A DNA stretch of 64,000 bases from an uncultured Acidobacteriota bacterium (lineage in GTDB: Bacteria > Acidobacteriota > Thermoanaerobaculia > UBA5066 > Gp7-AA6), in NCBI GenBank assembly GCA_963824165.1, contig CAWGOM010000017.1, positions 901,020 through 965,019 on the forward strand, written 5' to 3'. Shown here piece by piece: positions 54,376 through 63,329 of this stretch. The notes beneath the pieces are model-generated. The model was given only the letters and a program-made list of their open reading frames with translations. It was not told the origin of the DNA and did no database searches. The number at the start of each line of letters is the position of its first letter. The first letter of the stretch is position 1. The position numbers and the translations under genes are program-made.

Positions 54376-55179
54376 CTATCCCTTGAAGGTGAAGTCGAGC
54401 GTTTTCGCCTCGGCCCCGCTGATGGTCACGTTCTGCGTCTGCGGGCCGTACTTCTCGTGCCAGGCCTCGATGACGTAGTTGCCCGGCGGGAGGTTCTTGA
54501 TCTCGAAGGCGCCCTGGTCGTTGGTCACCGCGAAGAACGGGTGGTTGAAGACGCCGGTGTACGCGCCCATCCACTTGTGAACGTCGCACTTGAACCGGAT
54601 TCCGAGCTCGGGGTTCTCGAACTTCTTGACCGTCTCCATGCCCTTGAAGGGCTGACCGATGTTGAACTCGGTGTTCTTCTTCGGCAGCGCGTGGATGTTG
54701 TGGAGCGTGCCGTCGCTGTTGAGGATCTTGATGGGCTGGCCCGCCATCACGCCGAAGACGTGCGGCCGGTACTGGCAGCCGTGCTGGTCGAGGGTCACGG
54801 GCTCGGTCGGCACCGGGTAGCTGCCTGCCGCGCCCTCCTTGACGTAGACGAGCACCCACTGGAGCGTCTTGTTGGGGTTGACCACGACTTCCTGGTCGTA
54901 CACGGGCTCCTTGTGCTCGGACTTGCAGAACGCGTCGGCATCCATCTTGATCGGCGGCATCGCCGGGGCGGCGCCGTCGAAGTTGATCTTCCCCGTCAGG
55001 GTCGCGCCGCCGGCGGCGGGAGCCGCCGGGGCGCCGCGGACGCGCCGGCCGGGGCGGCCGCGCGAGGCCGCCGGGGCCTCGTCTTCCATCAACGCGTCCT
55101 CGTCCTTCTGGCCGCCGCAGGCCAGGATCGGCAGGGACGCGGCCGCCGCCAGAAGCAGAAATCGAGCGCGCTTGGACAT
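54376..55179 (-). CDS. lipoprotein with type-1 copper (plastocyanin/amicyanin-like cupredoxin) domain plus carboxypeptidase-regulatory-like beta-sandwich
   Basis: AAGGAG SD. MSKRARFLLLAAAASLPILAC lipobox. PIKILNSDGTLHNIH ... KCDVHKWM (His, Cys-x2-His-x2-Met). C-terminal AFEIKNLPPGNYVIEAWHE. Confidence 0.7.
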   Translation of the reverse strand: MSKRARFLLLAAAASLPILACGGQKDEDALMEDEAPAASRGRPGRRVRGAPAAPAAGGATLTGKINFDGAAPAMPPIKMDADAFCKSEHKEPVYDQEVVVNPNKTLQWVLVYVKEGAAGSYPVPTEPVTLDQHGCQYRPHVFGVMAGQPIKILNSDGTLHNIHALPKKNTEFNIGQPFKGMETVKKFENPELGIRFKCDVHKWMGAYTGVFNHPFFAVTNDQGAFEIKNLPPGNYVIEAWHEKYGPQTQNVTISGAEAKTLDFTFKG

Positions 55180-55304
55180 CGAACTCTCCTTAACGTGAAA
55201 TCTCGGCAGACCGTGCTTCCGGGACCGACGCGCTTCTTCGAAGGCGCCGCCGAGAGCGCCGGCATCATACCCAAGCCGTCGCCGGGTTTTCAAGCGGGGG
55301 CGGG

Positions 55305-55967
55305 ATGGTATCGTCAATCGACAGAGTGCTTTCGACAACGCTGTTCGCCGAGAACCTCGAGAAGTCGTTCGCCGGGCCTCCCCTCTTCTTCGGTCTGTCC
55401 GTCCGGGTCGAATCCGGACTGACGGCGGTGACGGGGAGAAACGGGAGCGGCAAGACGACCCTGTTGAAGATCCTCGCCGGCCTGCTGCGCCCGACCGCGG
55501 GCCGCGTGCACGTCGAGCGGGAGGGCCGGAGCCTGGCCGGAGCCGAGCGCCGGCTGGCGATCGGCTGGTCCGGGCCGGACCTCGCGTTCTACGGCGAGCT
55601 GTCCGGGGTGGAGAACCTGCACTTCTTCCGCGAAGCCGCGGGCCATCCCCTGCCGGTAGCCGACATCCGGCGGAGACTGGCGGAGACGGGCCTGGCCGAC
55701 ACGGCCGCGGATCGGCGCGTCGACGAGTACTCGACCGGCATGCGGCAGCGCCTGCGGATCGCCTTCGCCATGCTCTTCGATCCGGCGATCCTCCTGCTCG
55801 ACGAGCCCTTCTCGGGTCTCGACGTGGAAGGCCGGGAGATCGTCCACGGCCTCGTCGGGGCCGCGCGGCGCCGCGGCGCGGTGGTCCTCGCCTCCAACGA
55901 CGAGCGGGACCTCGTCGAGCCCGACCGGCGGGTCGAGCTCGGCGCCCGGCCGGAGAGCCCCGCGTGA
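55305..55967 (+). CDS. ccmA: heme/ABC exporter ATP-binding protein CcmA
   Basis: Intact. Walker A GRNGSGKTT, signature YSTGMRQRL, Walker B ILLLDEP. Followed by ccmB and ccmC. Confidence 0.8.
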   Translation: MVSSIDRVLSTTLFAENLEKSFAGPPLFFGLSVRVESGLTAVTGRNGSGKTTLLKILAGLLRPTAGRVHVEREGRSLAGAERRLAIGWSGPDLAFYGELSGVENLHFFREAAGHPLPVADIRRRLAETGLADTAADRRVDEYSTGMRQRLRIAFAMLFDPAILLLDEPFSGLDVEGREIVHGLVGAARRRGAVVLASNDERDLVEPDRRVELGARPESPA

Positions 55968-56637
55968 GCCTGGCCGCGCAGGTCTGGACCGTCTGCGCCA
56001 AGGACGCGCGCCAGGAGCTGCGCCGGCGCATCGCGACGCTCGCCGTTCTCTTCTTCGCCGCGACGTCGCTGGCGCTGACCTCCTACGCGATCGGGCCGTT
56101 CGGCCTTCCCGCAGGAGGACCGGCCGCCGCTGCAGGCGGCGCTCCTGTGGATCATCCTCTTCTTCGCGGCCGCCACGGGACTGCCCCGCGCCTTCGTGCA
56201 GGAGGAGGAGACGGGGACCGGGCTCGCGCTTCGCAAGACGCTGTCGGGCTCCCTCGTGCTGGCCGGGAAGGCCCTCTTCAACTTCGGGCTCTTCCTGGCG
56301 ATCGCCGCGGTCGTGATCCCCGGCTTCTTCCTCCTGCTCGACTGGACGGTCGCCGCGCCGGGCACCCTCGCTCGCCGCCGTGCTCTTCGGCGGGTTCGGG
56401 CTGGCGGTGGTGTCGACGTTCCTGTCGGCGCTGACGGCGCGGGCCGGCCAGAAGAACGTGCTGTTCGTGCTCGTCGCGTTTCCGCTCGTCCTGCCGCTGC
56501 TGCTCACGGCCATCTCCGCGACGCTGGCCGCGACGCGCGGCGGCGACGCGTGGACGCCGCTGCGCGTGCTGATCGCCTACGACGGGGCCGCGTCCTGCGC
56601 CGCGTATCTGCTTGCGGAAGTGGCGTGGGAGGATTAG
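55964..56637 (+). CDS. ccmB: heme exporter protein CcmB (about 2 frame breaks)
   Basis: GTGA overlap with ccmA. VWTVCAKDARQELRRR, LLWIILFFAA...FVQEEETGT, LLTAISATLAATRGG. Confidence 0.75.
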
Positions 56638-56659
56638 AACTCCGGATGCAGGAGGCCGG

Positions 56660-57318
56660 ATGAAGATCCTGAAGCTGGCGTTGCTGCCGTACATGGCCGC
56701 GATCGTCGCGGCGGCCTTCCTGTGGCCCAAGCCCGCGGAGGGGTTCATCGGCGAATCTTCGCGGATCGTCTTCTTCCACGTCCCCTGCGCCTGGACGTCG
56801 ACCCTGGCGTTTCTCGTCGCGGCGGGCTATTCGCTCGCGTACCTGCGGCGGCGGGATCCCTGGCACGACGAGGTCGCATACGCGGCGGTCAAGCTGGGCC
56901 TTCTCTTCGGCGTGCTGACGCTGGTCACCGGGTCGCTCTTCGCCAACATCATGTGGGGCTCCTGGTGGAACTGGGACCCCCGGGAGTCCTCGTACCTGCT
57001 GCTCGTCTTCCTGTACGCCGCCTACATGTTCCTCCGGGCCGCCGTCGACGACCCCGAGCGGCGCGCGCGGATCGCGGCGGCCTATGCCCTCTTCGCCGCC
57101 GTCCTGATGCCCTTCCTGGTGTTCATCGCGCCGCGGGTGACGGCCTCGCTCCACCCGCAGACCGTCATCAATCCGCAGGGCAAGATCCTGATGGACACGC
57201 CCACGCGGGTCGTCTTCTTCGGCGCCCTCGCCGGCTTCTCCGGCCTCTTCGTCTGGATGCTCTCGCTCGAGGCCCGCGCGGCGCGCCTGGCGCGCGGGCG
57301 CGGCTCAGTCGAGCTTGA
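56660..57318 (+). CDS. ccmC: heme exporter protein CcmC (3' end uncertain)
   Basis: GGAGG SD. RIVFFHVPCAW, W-rich motif WGSWWNWDPRE, LFAAVLMPFLVFIAPR. Confidence 0.8.
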
Positions 57319-57639
57319 GGGAGCTGACCTGGATCTCCCCGCCGGCGAGCGTTCCCTCGACGGTGGCCCGGAGGGGTCTTCTTCTTCGTCGCCTGGAGGG
57401 CCGCCACGGCCCTGGCGTTGCCGGCGGCGTCGAACTTCAGGAAGGCGCCGTCCGCGGCCAGGATCCCGTAGCCGCCGTCTTCGCACGCCAGGGCGCACTT
57501 GGCGGTGTGCTTGTCGGGATCGCCTTGACCTTGTCGACGCACTGCGCGTCGAGAGCGGCACGTTTGTCCAGGTCTCGGCCGAGAGCGCGAGGCTCCCGGA
57601 GAGGGCGGCCAGCGCGAGCAGGAAGTCCGCGATCTTCAC
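57305..57639 (-). CDS. small secreted Cys-containing protein on the opposite strand inside the ccm cluster (about 3 frame breaks)
   Basis: AAGGAG 7 nt before the GTG at 57639. Signal MKIADFLLALAALSGSLALSA. DKHTAKCALACEDGGYGILAADGAFLKFDAAGN...VEGTLAGGEIQVSSLKLD. Confidence 0.45.
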
Positions 57640-57832
57640 GACGCTTCTCCTTTCTCACCGCCATCCCGAAGCCGGACCCCGAGGCCGTCTTCGGCCCCGC
57701 ATCTACTCCCGAACCCGTCGGACCCGAAAATCGGCCCCGGCGTCCCCGGAGGCCTAATGCATACGCATCAGAGCCGTGGCCCTGTCCCCTGCGACAGTTG
57801 AACTGGCTCGAAAGAAGGGAGAGACTCAACCC

Positions 57833-57944
57833 GTGAGAAGCCTCGTCTACCTGGCGGCCGTCAACGTGGTGATCTGGGTGGGGCTCTTTTGTCTATCTCT
57901 GGCGCCTCGACCGGCGCCTGTCCGAATCGGAGCGCAAGCCATGA
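57833..57944 (+). CDS. ccmD: CcmD-like small membrane protein (one frame break)
   Basis: VRSLVYLAAVNVVIWVGLF then YLWRLDRRLSESERKP. The TGA overlaps the ccmE ATG. Confidence 0.55.
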
Positions 57945-58355
57945 AACGAGGCTACTGGATCGCCGCGGTGCTGACGCTCGCCTTCCTGGGCTTCGGCCTG
58001 AGCGCCTTCCAGAAGACGCTCACGCCGTACCTCTCCTTCGACGAGGCCCGCAAGTCCAAGGGCGTCGTCCAGGTGATGGGCGGCCTCGACAAGGAGAGCG
58101 ACCGCTACGACACCACCCGCGAGGAGCTTTCCTTCGATCTCGTGGATCCCGCGGGCCACCGGATGCCGGTCGTCTACCGCGGCACCCGGCCCGGCAACTT
58201 CGAGGACGCCATCTCGATCGTCGCCATCGGCCGCTTCCAGGACGGCCGAATCGAGGCCGAGAAGCTGCTCGTGAAGTGCCCCTCCAAGTACCAGGGCGCG
58301 GAGGTCGAGAAGGCCTACCCGGCGCAAGCCCGTGGCCCCGGCGGCGACCAGCTGA
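57941..58355 (+). CDS. ccmE: cytochrome c maturation heme chaperone CcmE, CxxxY variant
   Basis: N-terminal anchor MKRGYWIAAVLTLAFLGFGL, OB-fold, then LLVKCPSKY aligned with the canonical VLAKHDENY heme-binding motif. Reads through into ccmF in this sequence (a TGA at 58353 is out of frame). Confidence 0.75.
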
Positions 58356-60703
58356 TGTACGTCTGGCCCGGGGTGGTCGCGATCTGGGGCGCGCTCTTCG
58401 CGGGCCTCGCGTCGGTCGGGCGTGTATTTCGCCGTCGATCGCGGGCGGCGCGACCTGCTGCCGCTCGCCCGCACGACCTACACGGCGTTTGCGACGTGCG
58501 TGATCGTGGCGTCGGCGATCCTGATGACGCTGCTCCTGCAGCACCGGTTCGACGTCGCCTACGTCAACTCCTACTCGAGCCTCGACCTTCCGTTCCACTT
58601 CCTGATCTCGACGTTCTGGGCCGGCCAGGAGGGCTCCTTCCTCCTGTGGTGCTTCTTCGGCGCCCTGATCGGCCTCTTCGTCTGGCGCAGCGCCAAGGAG
58701 CAGGAAGCGCCGGTCATGATCGTGTACCTCGCGACCTTCCTCGGCATCATCGCGATCCTCTGCAAGCAGAGCCCGTTCAAGCTGCTCCCGCCTCCCGTGC
58801 CGGCCGACGGCGTGGGGCTCAATCCGCTGCTCCAGGACCCGTGGATGGTGATCCACCCGCCCGTGATGTTCATCGGCTTCGCGTCGCTCTCGGTGCCGTT
58901 CGCCTTCGCGATCGCCGCCCTCTGGAAGAAGCGCTGGGACGGCTGGATCGCGCGGACGCTGCCGTGGGCGCTGCTGACGTTCCTGACGCTCGGCACGGCG
59001 ATCCTGATGGGCGGCTACTGGGCGTACAAGACGCTCGGCTGGGGCGGATACTGGGGCTGGGACCCGGTCGAGAACACGAGCCTCGTGCCCTGGCTCTTCA
59101 CGACGGCGCTCGTGCACGGGATGTTCCTGCAGAAGGCGCGCAAGCGCCACCGCAAGGTCAACCTCATCCTCGCCTGCACCGCCTACGCGACGATCCTCTA
59201 CGGCACGTTCCTGACCCGCTCGGGGGTGCTCGCGGACTTCTCCGTGCACTCGTTCATCGACCTCGGGATCACGGGCTGGCTCGTCGCGATCCTCGGGACG
59301 TTCCTCGGCCTGTCGATCGTCCTGATCGCCTGGCGCTGGCGGTCGATCCCCACGGCCTCCGACGAGGAGGGACCGCTCCTGTCCCGCAGCGTCCTCTTCA
59401 TCCTCGGCATCGCGACCTTCTGCGCGCTCGGCCTGGTGATCCTGCTCGGGACCTCGGCCCCGCTCCTGACGCGTCTCTCCGGCACGCCCTCGCAGGTGCA
59501 GATCGCCTTCTACGGCCGGACCACCACCCCGGTCGGGTTCCTGCTCCTGCTCCTGTCGGGCATCGTCGCCTACGTGTCCTGGAAGGGGACGACGCTGAAG
59601 GAGCTCTTCGCGAGCTCGCGCCGGTCGCTCGTCGTCGCGGCGGTCGTTCTCGCCGCGGCCCTCGGGTTCGGCGCGCGTGGGGTCGAGCCGCTCGCTCCTG
59701 ATCTTCACCGCGGCCTTCTCGGCCGACATGAACCTGCGGGCCGTCGCTGCGCAAGGCCTCGACCGGCAAGCTCGGCGGAGCGGGCGGCTACCTGGCGCAC
59801 GTCGGCGTGGGCATCATGCTCGCCGGAGTCGTGATCTCCGGGGTCTACGCGCAGACGCAGCGGCTGACGCTCAAGATCAACACGCCGATGAAGGCGGGCG
59901 ACTCGAAGCTGACCTTCCTGCGGGTCGTGCCCGCGACCTCCCGGAGCAAGCAGGCGATGGAGGTCAAGGTCGAGACGGCCGCCGGCAAGACCTTCTACGC
60001 CTACCCCAAGATGTACGAGAACAGCCGCACCGGCCAGCTCATGGCGAACCCGTCGATCAAGAGCTCCGCCGTGACCGACCTGTACATCGCGCCCCAGCAG
60101 TACGACCCGGGCCAGCCGCGAGATGGTCGGCCGCGACGTCCGGCTGACCAAGGGCACCACGACCAACATCGACGGCACGGGTTTCACCTTCCGCGACTTC
60201 AACGCCGACCGCTCGGCCATGATGCGCGGCGAGAAGACCGTCCTCGTGCTGACCGACCTGACGATCACGCCGCCGGACGGCTCGCAGCACGACATGACCG
60301 TCAAGTACGTCTTCCACCTGGACGGGATCCAGACGCAGGGGGAGGAGTTCGAGATCCCGGGCGTGCCGGGCGGGAAGCTCCGCGTCCTCGCCGTTTCGCC
60401 CGAACGACGGCGCCGTCGTCGTGCGGCTGACGGGCGTGTCGAAGAACCCGGCCGACGAGTTCCAGGCGGCGACGGTCGAGTCGCTCTCCGATCGAGGTCA
60501 CGCGCAAGCCCCTCATCGCGCTCGTCTGGGGCGGCTTCTACGTCATGATGGCGGGAGGCCTTCTCGCCTTCATCAAGCGCTCGGGCGAGGCGCGCCGCGC
60601 CGTCGTCGAGGCCGGGCACGCCATGGCCGAGGCGCGGCCCGAACCGCCGGTCGGCGCGACCGGACCCGCCCTGCCCGCGCACGACCGCTCGCGGCTCGAG
60701 TAG
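58355..60703 (+). CDS. ccmF: cytochrome c-type biogenesis protein CcmF (at least 5 frame breaks)
   Basis: ISTFWAGQEGSFLLW, WWD motif GWGGYWGWDPVEN, conserved His (VHG, SVHSF), and the C-terminal CcmF_C region ending ...PLIALVWGGFYVMMAGG. Confidence 0.85.
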
Positions 60704-60719
60704 ACGCCCCGGGCCAGTC

Positions 60720-61109
60720 TCAGTCCCGCCGCACGAGCCGCTGGCGGAACCAGATCGTCAGCGCCTCGATTTCCATCTCTCCGCGGGCGATGGCCATCGT
60801 CGTTTCCTCGAGCTCCTTCGGCGTGATGTCGGTTTCGAACTCATTGAGTGCTACGAAGACCACGGCCGCGTGCGCCCCGACCCTCTTGTTCCCGTCGACG
60901 AATGGGTGGTTCATGACGAGCGAGTGCATGAGGGCGGCCACTTTCGCTGGAAGGTCCGGGTACAGATCGTCTCCGCCAAACGTCATCGCCGGACGCGCCG
61001 CAGCCGATTCGAGCCCGCCGCGATCTCGAAGGCCGCCGCTCCCTCCGTAGTGCGCGATCTGCACCGCGTGAAGCTCGAGGATCTGTTCGGGCGAAAGGTA
61101 GACGACCAC
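60720..61109 (-). CDS. doc: Doc (death-on-curing) Fic-family toxin
   Basis: Intact. Fic motif HPFVDGNKRVG. N-terminus LSPEQILELHAVQIAHYGG. Confidence 0.85.
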   Translation of the reverse strand: MVVYLSPEQILELHAVQIAHYGGSGGLRDRGGLESAAARPAMTFGGDDLYPDLPAKVAALMHSLVMNHPFVDGNKRVGAHAAVVFVALNEFETDITPKELEETTMAIARGEMEIEALTIWFRQRLVRRD

Positions 61110-61354
61110 TACTTCGCCAGGACCCGGAAGGCCTCGTCATAGCGGCGCCGCGTCTCCTCGACGATCTTCTCGAACCGCTTCGTAACCTTGCCGTCCTCGA
61201 AGTACTTCACGCCCGCACGGATGGTGACCGCCCCGGTGACGGGATGGACCGATACCTCGACGGTCTGCCCCTTCTTGAGCTTGAAAGCGTGAACGACCTC
61301 GGAGGGCAGCGTGACCGCCAGGGAGCTTCCGACCTGGACCAGCTTTCTATCCAT
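61109..61354 (-). CDS. AbrB/MazE (SpoVT) fold antitoxin
   Basis: MDRKLVQVGSSLAVTLPSEVVHAFKLKKGQTVEV swapped-hairpin motif. 1-nt overlap with doc (TAGTG). Confidence 0.8.
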   Translation of the reverse strand: MDRKLVQVGSSLAVTLPSEVVHAFKLKKGQTVEVSVHPVTGAVTIRAGVKYFEDGKVTKRFEKIVEETRRRYDEAFRVLAK

Positions 61355-61389
61355 ATTAGTATTTAATACTAACGAGATTCAGCGGTCAA
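61355..61389 (-). promoter_or_regulatory. candidate promoter plus palindromic operator of the antitoxin-doc operon (leaderless-type)
   Basis: Minus-strand read: TTGACC (61389..61384), an 18-nt spacer, TAAATA (61365..61360), 5 nt, then ATG. Perfect palindrome TTAGTATT-N-AATACTAA at 61356-61372. Confidence 0.45.
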
Positions 61390-62124
61390 GGCGTCCCGAG
61401 CTCGAGCTCCAGCCCGTCGTGGGCCGCGGTCACCGAGCAGCCGGGAGGCTTCTCGGCCGCCAGCACTTCGAGCGCCGCTTTGAGGGCCTCCTCCCCCATC
61501 TCGATCGGGCCCTTGCCGAAGTGGGAGAAGATCGCGCGCAGGATCCCGAAGCGCGAGAGCCAGCCGAGCTGCGCGCGCACGGTCGTGTGGCCGATCAGCA
61601 CACCGCTCGGATGGCGCCGCACGAGGGAGCCCCGGAGGGTCGAGCCGTCGCCGATGTAGAGGTCGGCGCCCGTCAGCGCCGCCTCCGGGTGCTCGAAGGC
61701 CACGATGTCGCCCGAGTAGACCAGCGTGAACCCGCCGCTCTCGATCCGCGCCGCCACGCACGGGCAGCGCACGGAGTGGACGACCGGGTGCGCGCTCAGC
61801 CGGAACGGGCCGATGTCGACCGGCGTCCTCCGGCTCGAGCGTCACCCGGTTCAGGATCGGCAGCTCGCGCAGGAGCTCGTGGGTCACGGCCGAGGCGTGG
61901 ACGGGCGCCTCGGTGCCCTCCCAGAGCCCCCAGCCGTGGTCCGGGTGCGCATGCGAAACGAAGATCGCGTCCGGGCGGATCTTCGCGAGCATGCCCTTGC
62001 GGTTCTCGCCGAAGTCGCAGAGCAGGCGAAACCCGCCGTACTCGAGCACGAACGCCGAGTGGCCGGCGTGCGCCTTCGAGGACTCCTCGACGAAGCCTTT
62101 CGTGCCGTAGAACTGGATCCGCAC
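61386..62124 (-). CDS. MBL-fold metallo-hydrolase (one frame break near 61810)
   Basis: IFVSHAHPDHGWG motif (HxHxDH). C-terminal part in ORF 61386..61772. Confidence 0.7.
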
Positions 62125-62150
62125 GGCACGAGTCTACGGGGTCGCCCCGA

Positions 62151-63327
62151 CTAGACCTCGCGAAGGGCGGTGGTGATCTTGAGGCGCGCGGCCCGGAAGG
62201 CCGGGAAGAAGCCGCCGAGGACGCCCATGGCGAGGGCGAACCCGAGGCCGCCGGCGATCAACTGCGGCGTCATCCGGAAGTTGAACAGGACCTCGGAGAA
62301 CGTCCGGAAGTTCATCGTCCCGGTCGGCTGCGTCAGGAAGAGCTTGAAGACCAGGAACGTGAAGACGACCCCGAGGATGCCCCCGGCCAGGCAGAGCATC
62401 AGGGCCTCGATGACGAAGGAGACGAGGATCGAGCGCCGCGAGAACCCGATCGCCCGCAGGGTCCCGATCTCCCGGGTGCGCGCCGAGACCTGCGCGTACA
62501 TGGTGTTCATGGCGCCGAAGGCGGCCCCGATCGCGGTGAAGATGCCGACGATGAACGCGAGCGCCTTGATGGGCGCGCCCGTGATCATCTGCTCGTCGTA
62601 GTACTTGCGCTCGGTCTTGCCCTCGAGCTTCAGGCGCTGGTCGCCCTTGACCGTCTCGATGTAGCGGCCGGCCGCGTCGGCGTCCGGACGTCCGCACGAA
62701 GACGGACGAGTAGATGTTGCGCTTGGTCTGCTGCTGGAGGTCCGACACGTCGGTCCAGATCTCCGACTCGTAGGCGCTGCCGTCGGCGGCGAAGAGGCCG
62801 ACGACGACCCACCGGAAGCTTCCCGACTTGATCGTGTCGCCGACCTTCATGCCCGCGAACCGCTTCGAGAGGTTGCGGGAGACGATGGCCTCGTTGGTGG
62901 CGGGGTTGAACATCCGCCCGTCGACGATCGTCACGGCCGGCCGGATCTCGACCCCGATCGGCGCCATGCCGCGGACCTGGACGTTGGAGAACGACTTGCC
63001 GTCGGAGCGCGGAACGTTGATGAGCGTCAGCAGCTCCGGCGAGACGTAGGGCTTTCCCGTGGCGTTGCGCTCGATGCCGGCCAGGGCCTGGATCTGGTCG
63101 GCCTGGTCCCGCGTGATGACGCTCTGCATCTCGGCCTGCGAGCCCACGCGCATCGTCAGGACGTTGCGGTTCGAGGCCGTCACCGAGAGGGTCCGCGTCA
63201 CGCCCTGGACGAGCGCGAGCACGCACAGGAACACCGCGACGACGAGGCCGATCACGAAGGCCGTCATCCCGGTCGAGGTCTTGCGGGCGACGAGGTTGCG
63301 GAGGTTGTACTTGACGGGGATGGCCAT
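62151..63327 (-). CDS. ABC transporter permease, FtsX/MacB-like (about 2 frame breaks)
   Basis: N-terminal NLRNLVARKTSTGMTAFVIGLVVAVF, a large periplasmic loop, and the C-terminal FtsX domain REIGTLRAIGFSRRSIL...GFFPAFRAARLKI. Confidence 0.8.
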
Positions 63328-63329
63328 GG

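Noticed and set aside
58340-58360. Apparent in-frame CcmE-CcmF fusion (…GGDQL-MYVWPG…).
   Set aside because: A TGA (58353-58355) overlapping the ccmF ATG sits one frame off, which is the usual TGATG coupling. One local indel would explain the read-through.
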